Source: Octopus sinensis (lineage: Eukaryota). Taken from it: 64,000 bases of DNA. The DNA is taken from contig NW_021825194.1 in NCBI RefSeq assembly GCF_006345805.1, positions 1 to 64,000 of the forward strand. Direction: 5' to 3'. Each line of letters opens with the position of its first letter. Within the stretch, counting starts at the first letter, position 1. This document shows positions 1-11,886 of this stretch, in pieces. Under the pieces are notes generated by a model. The model did no database searches and was not told where the DNA came from. It saw only the letters and a list, made by a program, of their open reading frames with translations. Made by a program: the position numbers and the translations under genes.

Positions 1-330
1 ATACACACGTATAATGAAAATAAACGTCTGTGTGTCTGTCGATTTATAAGAAGAAAGGCTAGAGCATTTAAAAAGACCTAAAAGTGTGAATTTTTCCAGG
101 AAGACAGTGGATGTGGTCTCGAGTCTCTAAGTGCCCCTAATGGGTTCCACGGGCGATTTCCAGAATGTTTCACATAGCACAGTACCCCTCACCCCACCAA
201 AAATGACCGGTATAAAGGAGATAACTAATTAAAAGTTGAAACACCAATAAATTGTTTCAATGCAATCTTAGTGAATGACTTCCAATATTCATAGTACAAT
301 TTTGGCAGCTTTTCAAACCCAGTCCACAAC

Positions 331-429
<99 letters not shown>

Positions 430-655
430 ATAATTAATCAATATAGGGTGGCAAAAACTTTTGTAGGAATTTTCTTGCCACCAGCGGCCTAGTGGGAAAA
501 AATTAAATAGTCATAGACCATTTTAAGTTCAACATCAACAATCAAGGAACGGCCATAATAGGCCATTCACCCACTAGAAATAACAGCCAAGCTTCAACCG
601 CAATAAAGTCAATTCCGTAAACAGGAGAAAATTTAAAAAACATTTACCCTGTAAT

Positions 656-756
656 TTCTTATACGATGCACCGTTTCGTCTGCTGTTAATGGTAAACTAA
701 CCTGATTAATTAAATCAAGCCAATCTTCCATAGGCCCTCAGATTCTTCAGTAAGAA
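656..756 (-). ncRNA. Type-I hammerhead ribozyme, family A (long helix II)
   Basis: Minus strand: TTCTTA-CTGAAGA-a/TCTG...CAGA/c-GAAA-CGGTGCATCG-TA-TAAGAA. Confidence 0.8.
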
Positions 757-1141
757 ATAGCCACAAGTCAGAACAGATATTTTCACGAGGCATTTCCGAC
801 CGTGCCAAGTTAATATCTGACCTAAAATTTTCAAATCATCGCACTCGCGCCAAATTTATCGGCAGCAAATAAATATAAGCCGTCGATTCCATTACGGAAT
901 TACCAGAAAATTCATAATTAATCAATATAGGTGGCAAAAAAATTTGTAGAATTTTCTTGCCACCAGCGGCCTAGTGGGAAAAAATTAAATAGTCATAGAC
1001 CATTTTAAAGTTCAACATCAACAATCAAGGAACGGCCATAATAGGCCATTCACCCACTAGAAATAACAGCCAAAGCTTCAACCGCAAATAAAAGTCAATT
1101 CCGTAAACAGGAGAAAATTTAAAAAACATTTACCCTGTAAT

Positions 1142-1244
1142 TTCTTATACGATGCACCGTTTCGTCTGCTGTTTAATGGTAAACTAACCTGATTAAATTA
1201 AATCAAGCCAATCTTCCATAGGCCCTCAGATTCTTCAGTAAGAA
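1142..1244 (-). ncRNA. Type-I hammerhead ribozyme, family A copy
   Basis: Same motif as 656-756. Confidence 0.8.
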
Positions 1245-1514
1245 ATAGCCACAAGTCGGAACAGATATTTTCACGAGGCATTTCCGCCTGCCAAGTAAAT
1301 ATAAGCCGTCGCAAGAAAATTCTACAAAATTTTTTTGCCCCCCTATATTGATTAATTATGAATTTTTGGTTAATTCCGTAATGGAATCGACGGCTTATAT
1401 TTATTTGCTGCCGATAAATTGGCGCGAGTGCGATGATTTGAAAATTTTAGGTCAGATATTAACTTGCAGGGTCGGAAATGCCTCGTGAAAATATCTGTTC
1501 CGACTTGTGGCTAT

Positions 1515-1615
1515 TTCTTACTGAAGAATCTGAGGGCCTATGGAAGATTGGCTGATTTAATTTAATCAGGTTAGTTTACCATTAACAGCAGACGAAACGG
1601 TGCATCGTATAAGAA
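1515..1615 (+). ncRNA. Type-I hammerhead ribozyme, family A copy
   Basis: Helix I TTCTTA/TAAGAA, core CTGAAGA 1521-1527, GAAA 1594-1597, near-palindromic helix III CGGTGCATCG, cleavage triplet GTA. Confidence 0.8.
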
Positions 1616-2003
1616 ATTACAGGGTAAATGTTTTTTAAATTTTCTCCTGTTTACGGAATTGACTTTTATTTGCGGTTGAAGCTTTGGCTGTTATTTCTAG
1701 TGGGTGAATGGCCTATTATGGCCGTTCCTTGATTGTTGATGTTGAACTTTAAAATGGTCTATGACTATTTAATTTTTTCCCACTAGGCCGCTGGTGGCAA
1801 GAAAATTCTACAAAATTTTTTTGCCACCCTATATTGATTAATTATGAATTTTCTGGTTAATTCCGTAATGGAATCGACGGCTTATATTTATTTGCTGCCG
1901 ATAAATTTGGCGCGAGTGCGATGATTTGAAAATTTTAGGTCAGATATTAACTTGGCACGGTCGGAAATGCCTCGTGAAAATATCTGTTCCGACTTGTGGC
2001 TAT

Positions 2004-2104
2004 TTCTACTGAAGAATCTGAGGGCCTATGGAAGATTGGCTTGATTTAATTTAATCAGGTTAGTTTACCATTAAAAGCAGACGAAACGGTGCATCGTATA
2101 AGAA
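2004..2104 (+). ncRNA. Type-I hammerhead ribozyme, family A copy
   Basis: CTGAAGA 2009-2015, GAAA 2083-2086, one-base deletion in helix I. Confidence 0.75.
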
Positions 2105-2227
2105 ATTACAGGGTTAAATGTTATTTTAATTTTTCCTGTTTACGGAATGACTTTTATTTGCTTGGGTTGAAGATTTGGCTGTTATTTCTAGTGGGTGAAT
2201 GGCCTATTATGGCCGTTCCTTGATTGT

Positions 2228-2293
<66 letters not shown>

Positions 2294-2303
2294 ATATATA
2301 TTA

Positions 2304-2533
2304 CTTTATTTTAAGCAGTGCAGAAAATTCAACAGAATCTGTTACTCTGAGTTCTCGTTGCCGTTCATCAGACAGTTTTGCTAGCAAAAACTGTCTGATG
2401 AACGGCAACGAGAAACTCAGAGTAAAAGATTTTGTTGAATTTTCTGCTGCTTAAAATAAAGCATATTACTCTACCACTGGTATTTGAGTACTCTTTTTTC
2501 CACCTTGTTTCACATTTATGTGTTTACTCCGGT
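2304..2533 (+). mobile_element. Short pLTR-like element (family B) whose 5' part is a ~158-bp fold-back palindrome (2304-2461)
   Basis: Inverted arms centred on TTTTGCTAGCAAAA at ~2382. Flanked by (AT)n on both sides. Confidence 0.75.
2391..2428 (+). ncRNA. Minimal type-I hammerhead ribozyme, family B (mirror copy on minus strand at 2339-2375)
   Basis: CTGT-CTGATGA-a/CG-GCAA-CG/a-GAAA-CTCAGAG-TA. Helix I partner ACAG is intact in the mirror arm. Confidence 0.8.
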
Positions 2534-2552
2534 ATATATATATATATATATA

Positions 2553-2945
2553 TTACCCTTTTACTTGTTTCAGTCATTTGACTGCGGCCATGCTGGAGCA
2601 CCGCCTTTAATCGAGCAACTCGACCCCGGGACTTATTCTTTTGTAAGCCCAGTACTTATTCTATCGGTCTCTTTTGCCGAACCGCTAAGTGACGGGGACG
2701 TAAACACACCAGCATCGGTTGTCAAACAATGCTAGGGGGACAGACACAGACACACAACATACACGCACACACACATATATATATACATATATACGACGGG
2801 CTTCTTTCAGATTCCGTCTACCAAATCCACTCACAAGGCATTGGTCGGCCCGGGGCTATAGCAGAAGACACTTGCCCAAGGTGCCACGCAGTGGGACTGA
2901 ACCCGAACCATGTGGTAAGCTACTTACCACACAGCCACTCCTGCG

Positions 2946-2948
<3 letters not shown>
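2553..2948 (-). mobile_element. tRNA-derived SINE with CR1-like 3' tail
   Basis: Head with A-box-like TGGCTGTGTGGTAAG and B-box-like GGGTTCAGTCCC. Tail GGCGGTGCTCCAGCATGGCCGCAGTC...GAAAC resembles the 3' end of the local CR1-group LINE. Confidence 0.8.
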
Positions 2949-3000
<52 letters not shown>

Positions 3001-3002
<2 letters not shown>

Positions 3003-4022
3003 ATTGATTGATTGATTGATTCTAGTTTCAGCTTATGAGCTGTGGCCATGCTGGGGCACCGCCATTTGGTGTTGCTACTTGGTTTCACTTCATGGAGGCT
3101 TTCTAGCAACTGCTATTTGGTGCATGAGAGAGTTCGATGCAGCTGCCCTCATCTGCCCCTCCTGCCGTGAAGTTGGTTCATCTGCGACACCTGACAGGAA
3201 GAGATCCAGCTCCATTTTAAAGACATCTGTATCCACCCCATGCAGGTCTCTCAGGTTCTTCGGGAGGATATTGAAGAGCTGTGGGCCTTGGAAGCCCAGG
3301 CTATCACAGAATCTTGTCCTACATCTTGATGGCAAGTTTGGAGTCCTAGGCACCACGCAGTGGTGCCCAGTTCTGGCATTTGCGTAACTATCGATGCCAA
3401 AGTTCAGGACACTTCCCTCCAGGATCTTCCAGATGTATATTATGGCATATCTTTCCCGCCTACGCTCCAGGGAATATAATTTTATTCTCTTGAGTCTTTC
3501 CCAGTAGCTTACATTCTGCATAGAGGCTATCTTCTTCGTGTAGCTTCGTTGGATCGCCTCAAGTCTGTGATCAACTTGACACTGGATGGTGACCATAGCT
3601 GAGAGCAGTAGTCAAAGTGGCTTAGGACAAGTGTCTTCCAGAGGACCATCATGGTTTCTTGTTCTCTTGTTCTAAAGGTTCTAAGAATCCAGCCAGCCAG
3701 CCGTCTGCATTTCATGTCGTTTTTTAGCAACGTGTACATGGAAGGTCGCGTCATCACTCATGTGAATACCCAGGGTCACGCACTGATTGTGCCTCTGGGA
3801 TTGCAATCCCTCCGGGTCCAGTGTATTCCTTGGGTATTGCATTAAGTTTTGCAGCTGATAGTATAAAGCTTGAAACTTTCAGCATTGAACTGCATGCTAT
3901 TCTTTTCAGCCCACTTGTATATTTCGTCCAGCTCATATTGCAGGTGCTTAGTGTCTTCAGGGTTCTGTATTGCCTGTGAAACTTTGTATCATCTGCATAA
4001 CTTGTGATCGTGGCTCTATCTC
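3001..4022 (-). mobile_element. 5'-truncated CR1-group LINE (RT C-terminus plus 3' UTR and (ATCA)n tail), frameshifted
   Basis: [31 protein letters not shown] motifs. Same family as 61075-63500. Confidence 0.85.
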
Positions 4023-4027
4023 TATCT

Positions 4028-4146
4028 ATATATATATATATATTATATATATTTATATATATATCTATATATATATATATATATCTATATATATTATATC
4101 TATATATATCTATATATATATATCTATATATATATATATATATATC

Positions 4147-4199
<53 letters not shown>

Positions 4200-4211
4200 T
4201 ATCTATATATA

Positions 4212-4263
<52 letters not shown>

Positions 4264-4269
4264 CATATA
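4028..4269. repeat. (AT)n microsatellite, one of dozens in the window (others include 333-432, 4651-5094, 5332-5547, 9146-9460, 9735-9955, 11543-11886, 12844-13263, 51976-52225)
   Basis: Direct sequence. Confidence 0.98.
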
Positions 4270-4650
4270 CACTTGCGTCAGAAATTAATTAGCACTTCTC
4301 AAATTTCTACATTAAATAGGTTAAATCAATTAACCTATGAGCTGTTCAAAACGTCTTACGCGATGAGAAAAACTTAGTATGGTGTGATTTCGGTCCTTGC
4401 GAGGCGCTACCTATATCTATTAAACAAAGGAAGATTTGTCTGCACCGCACTCCAAGTTGTTGTTGCACTGCTATGTCAACATCATAGGGCTGTAGACTCT
4501 CAAAAATGCTCTGCAAACAAAGTTACGTCATCGTTCTGCGCAACAGTGAACTCGCAACAAAGCAATAGTTCGAGATATGGCCACTAGGTGACAGCACATA
4601 CCTTGAGTGAAGAGCAAATCAAGGGTGCTAATTAATTTCTGACGGTAGTG
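4270..4650. mobile_element. Tc1/mariner-type MITE
   Basis: 26-bp TIRs CACTxxCGTCAGAAATTAATTAGCAC (4270-4295 and 4625-4650), TA on both sides, no ORF. Confidence 0.8.
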
Positions 4651-4663
4651 TATATATATATAT

Positions 4664-4741
<78 letters not shown>

Positions 4742-4759
4742 ATATAATATATCTATATA

Positions 4760-4808
<49 letters not shown>

Positions 4809-4842
4809 ATATATTATATATATATAATATATATATATTTAT

Positions 4843-4934
<92 letters not shown>

Positions 4935-4958
4935 TATATATATATATGTGGATACAGA

Positions 4959-5005
<47 letters not shown>

Positions 5006-5012
5006 TATATAT

Positions 5013-5044
<32 letters not shown>

Positions 5045-5094
5045 TATATATAATATATAAATATATATATATATATATAAATATATATATATAT

Positions 5095-5331
5095 GTGGAT
5101 ACAGATGTCTTTAAAATGGAGCTGGATCTCTTCCTGTCAGGTGTCCCAGATGAACCAACCTCACGGCAGGAGGGGCAGATGAGGGCAGCTGCATCGAACT
5201 CTCTCATGCCAAATAGCAGTTGCTAGAAAGCCCCCATGAAGTGAAACCAAGTAGCAAAACCAAATGGCGGTGCCCCAGCATGGCCACAGCTCATAAGCTG
5301 AAACTGGAATCAATCAATCAATCAATCAATC
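5095..5331 (+). mobile_element. CR1-group LINE 3' fragment
   Basis: [21 protein letters not shown] plus 3' UTR and (ATCA)n. Inverse of 3001-3240. Its first 16 nt are duplicated at 4948-4963. Confidence 0.85.
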
Positions 5332-5368
5332 ATATATATATATATATATAAATTAAATATATGTATAT

Positions 5369-5404
<36 letters not shown>

Positions 5405-5424
5405 AAAATATATTATATATATAT

Positions 5425-5495
<71 letters not shown>

Positions 5496-5547
5496 TATAT
5501 TATATAAATATATATAGATATATAGATTATATATATAGATATATATA

Positions 5548-8500
5548 TAGTTTCGAGCAGATCTCAGAAGCGATAAGAAGCCGAAAGGGTATGCTCCCAT
5601 TCAGTGTTTTCAAATCCAAACCAAGGAGTTCTGAGCTGATGATAGAAATGTCGAGTTGACTAATCTTGAAACGTACGTTCTCAAATAACCTTTGCATTTG
5701 ATTTTTTAATGTCTTTACCCCCATACTTTCGTGAGTTGAATTGAGCAAACACTATATGAGAGAGGTTTTTCTTTAAGTATTAGAAATAGTTTTAAAAAAG
5801 TTTTTTTAGCTACTATTTCTAATGAGTTCAGTATGCGGCAAAGTAATTTATTTTACTAAGCCCTTTTATATAATGTAATAATTGAATTCGCCTTAAATAG
5901 TCCCTTTGCATACTGAATACTTGGTGAAATTGATTAATAATTAATTATTTTACCTTCAATTGTTGAAATTATAATTCATCTCTCTCTATTTAATGCCTCG
6001 GATTTTACCGAAAAAAGCATAGTGTTTGCTGATTTTAACCCACGCTGGTGGAAAGGGGAGAGCAGAAATTCTTCGCTTGCATATTTGAGTTTGCTGGCAC
6101 TGTTAGTTTCGAGCAGATCTTCAGAAGCGATAAGAAGCCGAAAGGGTATGCTCCCACTTTCAGTGTTTTCAAATCCAAACCAAGGAGTTCTGAGCTGATG
6201 ATAGAAATGTCGAGTTGACTAATCTTGAAACGTACGTTCTCAAATAACCTTTGCATTTGATTTTTTAATGTCTTTACCCCCATACTTTCGTGAGTTGAAT
6301 TGAGCAAACACTATATGAGAGAGGTTTTCTTTAGTTTAGAAATAGTTTTAAAAAGTTTTTTTAGCTACTATTTCTAATGAGTTCAGTACGCGGCAAAGTA
6401 ATTTATTTTACTAAGCCCTTTTATATAATGTAATAATTTGAATTCGCCTTAAATGGTCCCTTTGCATACTGAATACTTGGTGAAATTGATTAATAATTAA
6501 TTAATTTTACCCTCAATTGTTGAAATTATAATTCATCTCTCTCTATTTAATGCCTCGGATTTTACCGAAAAAAGCATAGTGTTGCTGATTTTAACCCACG
6601 CTGGTGGAAAGGGGAGGAGAAGCAGAAATTCTTCGCTTGCATATTTGAGTTTGCTGGCACTGTTAGTTTCGAGCAGATCTTCAGAAGCGATAAGAAGCCG
6701 AAAAGGTATGCTCCCACTTTCAGTGTTTTCAAATCCAAACCAAGGAGTTCTGAGCTGATGATAGAAATGTCGAGTTGACTAATCTTGAAACGTACGTTCT
6801 CAAATAACCTTTGCATTTGATTTTTTAATGTCTTTACCCCCATACTTTCGTGAGTTGAATTGAGCAAACACTATATGAGAGAGGTTTTCTTTAAGTATTA
6901 GAAATAGTTTTAAAAAAGTTTTTTTAGCTACTATTTCTAATGAGTTCAGTATGCGGCAAAGTAATTTATTTTACTAAGCCCTTTTATATAATGTAATAAT
7001 TTGAATCGCCTTAAATGGCCCTTTGCATACTGAATACTTGGTGAAATTGATTAATAATTAATTAATTTTACCTCAATTGTTGAAATTATAATTCATCTCT
7101 CTCTATTTAATGCCTCGGATTTTACCGAAAAAAGCATAGTGTTGCTGATTTTAACCCACGCTGGTGGAAAGGGGAGAGCAGAAATTCTTCGCTTGCATAT
7201 TTGAGTTTGCTGGCACTGTTAGTTTCGAGCAGATCTTCAGAAGCGATAAGAAGCCGAAAGGGTATGCTCCCACTTTCAGTGTTTTCAAATCAAACCAAGG
7301 AGTTCTGAGCTGATGATAGAAATGTCGAGTTGACTAATCTTGAAACGTACGTTCTCAAATAACCTTTGCATTTGATTTTTTAATGTCTTTACCCCCATAC
7401 TTTCGTGAGTTGAATTGAGCAAACACTATGAGAGAGGTTTTCTTTAAGTATTAGAAATAGTTTTAAAAAAGTTTTTTAGCTACTATTTCTAATGAGTTCA
7501 GTATGCGGCAAAGTAATTTATTTTACTAAGCCCTTTTATATAATGTAATAATTTGAATTCGCCTTAATGGTCCCTTTGCATACTGAATATTGGTGAAATT
7601 GATAATAATTAATTAATTTTACCCTCAATTGTTGTTGAAATTATAATTCATCTCTCTCTATTAATGCCTCGGATTTTACCGAAAAAAGCATAGTGTTTGC
7701 TGATTTTAACCCACGCTGGTGGAAAGGGGAGAGCAGAAATTCTTCGCTTGCATATTTGAGTTGCTGGCACTGTTAGTTTCGAGCAGATCTTCAGAAGCGA
7801 TAAGAAGCCGAAAGGGTATGCTCCTACTTTCAGTGTTTTCAAATCCAAACCAAGGAGTTCTGAGCTGATGATAGAAATGTCGAGTTGACTAATCTTGAAA
7901 CGTACGTTCTCAAATAACCTTTGCATTTGATTTTTTAATGTCTTTACCCCCATACTTTCGTGAGTTGAATTGAGCAAACACTATATGAGAGAGGTTTTCT
8001 TTAAGTATTAGAAATAGTTTTAAAAAAAAGTTTTTTAGCTACTATTTCTAATGAGTTCAGTATGCGGCAAAGTAATTTATTTTACTAAGCCCTTTTATAT
8101 AATGTAATAATTTGAATTCGCCTTAAATGGTCCCTTTGCATACTGAATACTTGGTGAAATTGATTAATAATTAATTAATTTTACCTTCAATTGTTGAAAT
8201 TATAATTCATCTCTCTCTATTTAATGCCTCGGATTTTACCGAAAAAAGCATAGTGTTGCTGATTTTAACCCACGCTGGTGGAAAGGGGAGAGCAGAAATT
8301 CTTCGCTTGCATATTTGTTGCTGGCACTGTTAGTTTCGAGCAGATCTTCAGAAGCGATAAGAAGCCGAAAGGGTATGCTCCCACTTTCAGTGTTTTCAAT
8401 CCAAACCAAGAGTTCTGAGCTGATGATAGAAATGTCGAGTTGACTAATCTTGAAACGTACGTTCTCAAATAACCTTTGCATTTGATTTTTTAATGTCTTT

Positions 8501-8748
8501 ACCCCCATACTTTCGTGAGTTGAATTGAGCAAACACTATATGAGAGAGGTTTTTTTAAGTATTAGAAATAGTTTTAAAAAAGTTTTTTTAGCTACTATTT
8601 CTAATGAGTTCAGTATGCGGCAAAGTAATTTATTTTACTAAGCCCTTTTATATAATGTAATAATTTGAATTCGCCTAAATGGTCCCTTTGCATACTGAAT
8701 ACTTGGTGAAATTGATTAATAATTAATTAATTTTACCCTCAATTGTTG

Positions 8749-8754
<6 letters not shown>
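5548..8754 (+). repeat. Head-to-tail array of a ~557-bp hammerhead-bearing unit (family C), ~5.8 copies
   Basis: Near-identical copies with hammerhead cores at 5636, 6195, 6755, 7310, 7865 and 8420. Flanked by (AT)n. Confidence 0.95.
5632..5683 (+). ncRNA. Type-I hammerhead ribozyme, family C (copies at 6191-6242, 6751-6802, 7306-7357, 7861-7912, 8416-8467)
   Basis: TGAG-CTGATGA-t/AGA..GTC-GAGTT-GAC..TCT/t-GAAA-CGTACG-TT-CTCA. Palindromic helix III, triplet GTT. Confidence 0.7.
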
Positions 8755-8802
<48 letters not shown>

Positions 8803-8806
<4 letters not shown>

Positions 8807-9143
8807 TAATACTAAGCAATAAAGGATTTAGCAACGAATTGCCTTACCACATACCGAATTTAGAAATAGCAGTCAAAGAGTTATACCTATTTCTTCTACT
8901 AAAAAGGGAGATCTCAGTAAAAACAGCTGTTTTTACTGAGATCTCCCCTTTTAGTAGAAGAAATAGCTATAACTCTTTGACTACTATTTCTAAATTCGGT
9001 ATGTGGTAAGGCAATTCGTTGCTAAACCCTTTATTGCTTAGTATTACTTAAATTTCCTCGAATGAGGCTTTTACATGCCGAAGACTACTTGGTGTAATTG
9101 ATAATTATTCCAAATTAATTAATTTCACCCTTCATTATTACGG

Positions 9144-9144
<1 letters not shown>
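8803..9144 (+). mobile_element. 3' part of a pLTR-like element with a ~248-bp fold-back palindrome (8803-9050)
   Basis: Arms centred on AAAAACAGCTGTTTTT (8926/8927). The right arm shares GAAATAG hairpin and terminal GGTG...CACC motifs with families C and F. Confidence 0.75.
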
Positions 9145-9187
<43 letters not shown>

Positions 9188-9313
9188 TATATATATATAT
9201 ATAGATATATATATAGATATATATAGATATATATATATAGATATAATATATATTAGAGAGATATATATATAGATATATATATAGATATATATATATATAT
9301 ATAAATAATATAT

Positions 9314-9344
<31 letters not shown>

Positions 9345-9372
9345 AATATATATATATAAAATATATGTACAA

Positions 9373-9434
<62 letters not shown>

Positions 9435-9464
9435 ATATATATATTTATAATAATAAATATTAGG

Positions 9465-9735
9465 GAATGAATCCAAAATTACAGGGAAAAATCAGATTTA
9501 GGGAATGAATCCAAAATTACAGGGAAAAATCAGATTAGGGTTAAATCCAATTTTATAGTAAAATATTATATAATATAATTCGAGACAAAACACTATTTTA
9601 AAACCAAACAAGGAAAGACTTAATCAATACATAAAATTTTAATATAAATTAAATAAACCGCCACTACAAATGTTTCATGTCTGCTACCGACAATCTTCAG
9701 GTGGATTTTCGATCTTCTAATCAGTATCAAATTTA
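9465..9735 (-). mobile_element. pLTR-like element, family D
   Basis: Carries a hammerhead. Terminal TAGGGAATGAATCCAAAATTACAGGGAAAAATCAGATT is duplicated. Related ends at ~33990-34030 and ~37255-37305. Confidence 0.65.
9661..9704 (-). ncRNA. Minimal type-I hammerhead ribozyme, family D
   Basis: CCAC-CTGAAGA-t/TGTC-GGTAGCA-GACA/t-GAAA-CATTTG-TA-GTGG. A truncated plus-strand copy lies at 13264-13312. Confidence 0.85.
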
Positions 9736-9823
9736 TATATATATATATACATTTATATATATATATTATATATATATATATATATAGATATATTATATAT
9801 TATATATATCTTATATATATTAT

Positions 9824-9953
<130 letters not shown>

Positions 9954-9954
9954 T

Positions 9955-11542
9955 AAAATTAATTAAGGGTAGAAATTGATATTTATCAATTAAGACCAGT
10001 GGTCTAGCATATTAAAAAGAATCCGAAGATTAAAATATTTATATATACCAATTAAGGACTGAACACGAAAAGTGACAGTCAACATGCTAGATATAGACGT
10101 CAAATCGCCATTCACCACAAAAGATTATGTTCTCAGATCAAACTCAACACAAAACCATAGCAATAAACAAGTGAAAAATATACGAAATAAAATAATTACC
10201 CATGTACTAAATTAGTTTCAGCTGTTATTTTCCGCAAGGAAAACTGCAGCCATCATCAGCATGGTCCGTTATAAATTAATTTGCTGGACTAGATGCAAAC
10301 ACCGATACCGAAATATCGCGTGCATGAGTTCAGCCTATTACATTTGAATATATCTTTCAAATGCCTTTACCTTGGCGCGTTGGAACCCGAGAAAACTAGC
10401 CTGCAGCTAATAATTAGCAGCAGTTAATTTATCGGTTAGAGAACATATTTATTTATATAAAATTAAGGGTAGAAATTGATATTTATCAATTAAGACCAGT
10501 GATCTAGCATATTTTTCGTGTTCAGTCCTTAATTGGTATATATAAATATTTTAATCTTCGGATTCTTTTTTAATATGCTAGACCACTGGTCTTAATTGAT
10601 AAATATCAATTTCTACCCTTAATTAATTTTATATAAATAAATATTCTCTAACCGATAAATTAACTGCTGCTAATTATTAGCTGCAGGCTAGTTTTCTCGG
10701 GTTCCAACGCGCCAAGGTAAAGGCATTGAAAGATATATTCAAATGAATAGGCTGAACTCCATGCACGTGATATTTCGGTATCGTGTTTGCATCTAGTCCA
10801 GCAAATTACATTTATAACGGACCATGCTGATGATGGCTGCAGTTTTCCTTGCGGAAAATAACAGCTGAAACTAATTTAGTACATGGGTAATTATTTTATT
10901 TCGTATATTTTTCACTTGTTTATTGCTATGGTTTTGTGTGAGTTTGATCTGAGAACATAATCTTTTGTGGTGAATGGCGATTTGACGTCTATATCTAGCA
11001 TGTTGACTGTCCACTTTTCGTGTTCAGTCCTTAATTGGTATATATAAATATTTTAATCTTCGGATTCTTTTTTAATATGCTAGACCACTGGTCTTAATGA
11101 TAAATATCAATTTCTACCCTTAATTAATTTTATATAAATAAATATGTTCTCTAACCGATAAATTAACTGCTGCTAATTATTAGTTGCAGGCTAGTTTTCT
11201 CGGGTTCCAACGCGCCAAGGTAAAGGCATTGAAAGATATATTCAAATGTAATAGGCTGAACTCCATGCACGCGATATTTCGGTATCGTGTTTGCATCTAG
11301 TCCAGCAAATTACATTTATAACGGACCATGCTGATGATGGCTGCAGTTTTCCTTGCGGAAAATAACAGCTGAAACTAATTTAGTACATGGGTAATTATTT
11401 TATTCGTATATTTTTCACTTGTTTATTGCTATGGTTTTGTGTTGAGTTGATCTGAGAACATAATCTTTTGTGGTGAATGGCGATTTGACGTCTATATCTA
11501 GCATGTTGACTGTCCACTTTTCGTGTTCAGTCCTTAATTGGT
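9955..11542. repeat. ~500-bp hammerhead-bearing unit (family E): 1.1 copies, then ~2 inverted copies from 10514
   Basis: Unit recurs at 9961 and 10461. Orientation switches at 10513/10514. (AT)n on both flanks. Confidence 0.9.
10822..10886 (+). ncRNA. Type-I hammerhead ribozyme, family E (copies at 11326-11390 plus strand and 10200-10264 minus strand)
   Basis: CCATG-CTGATGA-t-GGCTG..TTTTCC-TTGC-GGAAAA..CAGCT-GAAA-CTAATTTAG-TA-CATGG. Confidence 0.8.
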
Positions 11543-11569
11543 ATATATATAAATATATATATATATATG

Positions 11570-11614
<45 letters not shown>

Positions 11615-11780
11615 TATATATATATATATATAGAAATATATATATATATATATAAATATATAAAAATATATATATATTTATATATATATATATATATATA
11701 TAATTATATATATATATATATATAATATATATATATTATAAATATATATATATATATAAATATATATGTATATATATATA

Positions 11781-11838
<58 letters not shown>

Positions 11839-11846
11839 AAATATAT

Positions 11847-11878
<32 letters not shown>

Positions 11879-11886
11879 ATATGTAT

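Larger units (their letters stand above)
433..2228. repeat. Tandem array of a ~484-bp hammerhead-bearing unit (PLE pLTR/retrozyme-like family A) with an internal inversion at ~1310
   Basis: Unit starts recur at 433 and 917. From 1311 to 2228 the same unit runs in reverse complement for ~1.9 copies. Both ends abut (AT)n. Confidence 0.9.

Noticed and set aside
5527-8532. Repeated MLNSTHES... ORFs and the regular repeat spacing (CRISPR-like or gene array)
   Set aside because: The units are ~557-bp near-identical copies without unique spacers. The ORF is antisense to the ribozyme and frameshifts differently in each copy.
8915-8940. Palindrome centre AAACAGCTGTTT resembling a hammerhead helix III, suggesting self-priming at the cleavage site
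   Set aside because: There is no core or helix II nearby, alignment to family F places the ribozyme further upstream, and other fold-backs are not centred on helix III
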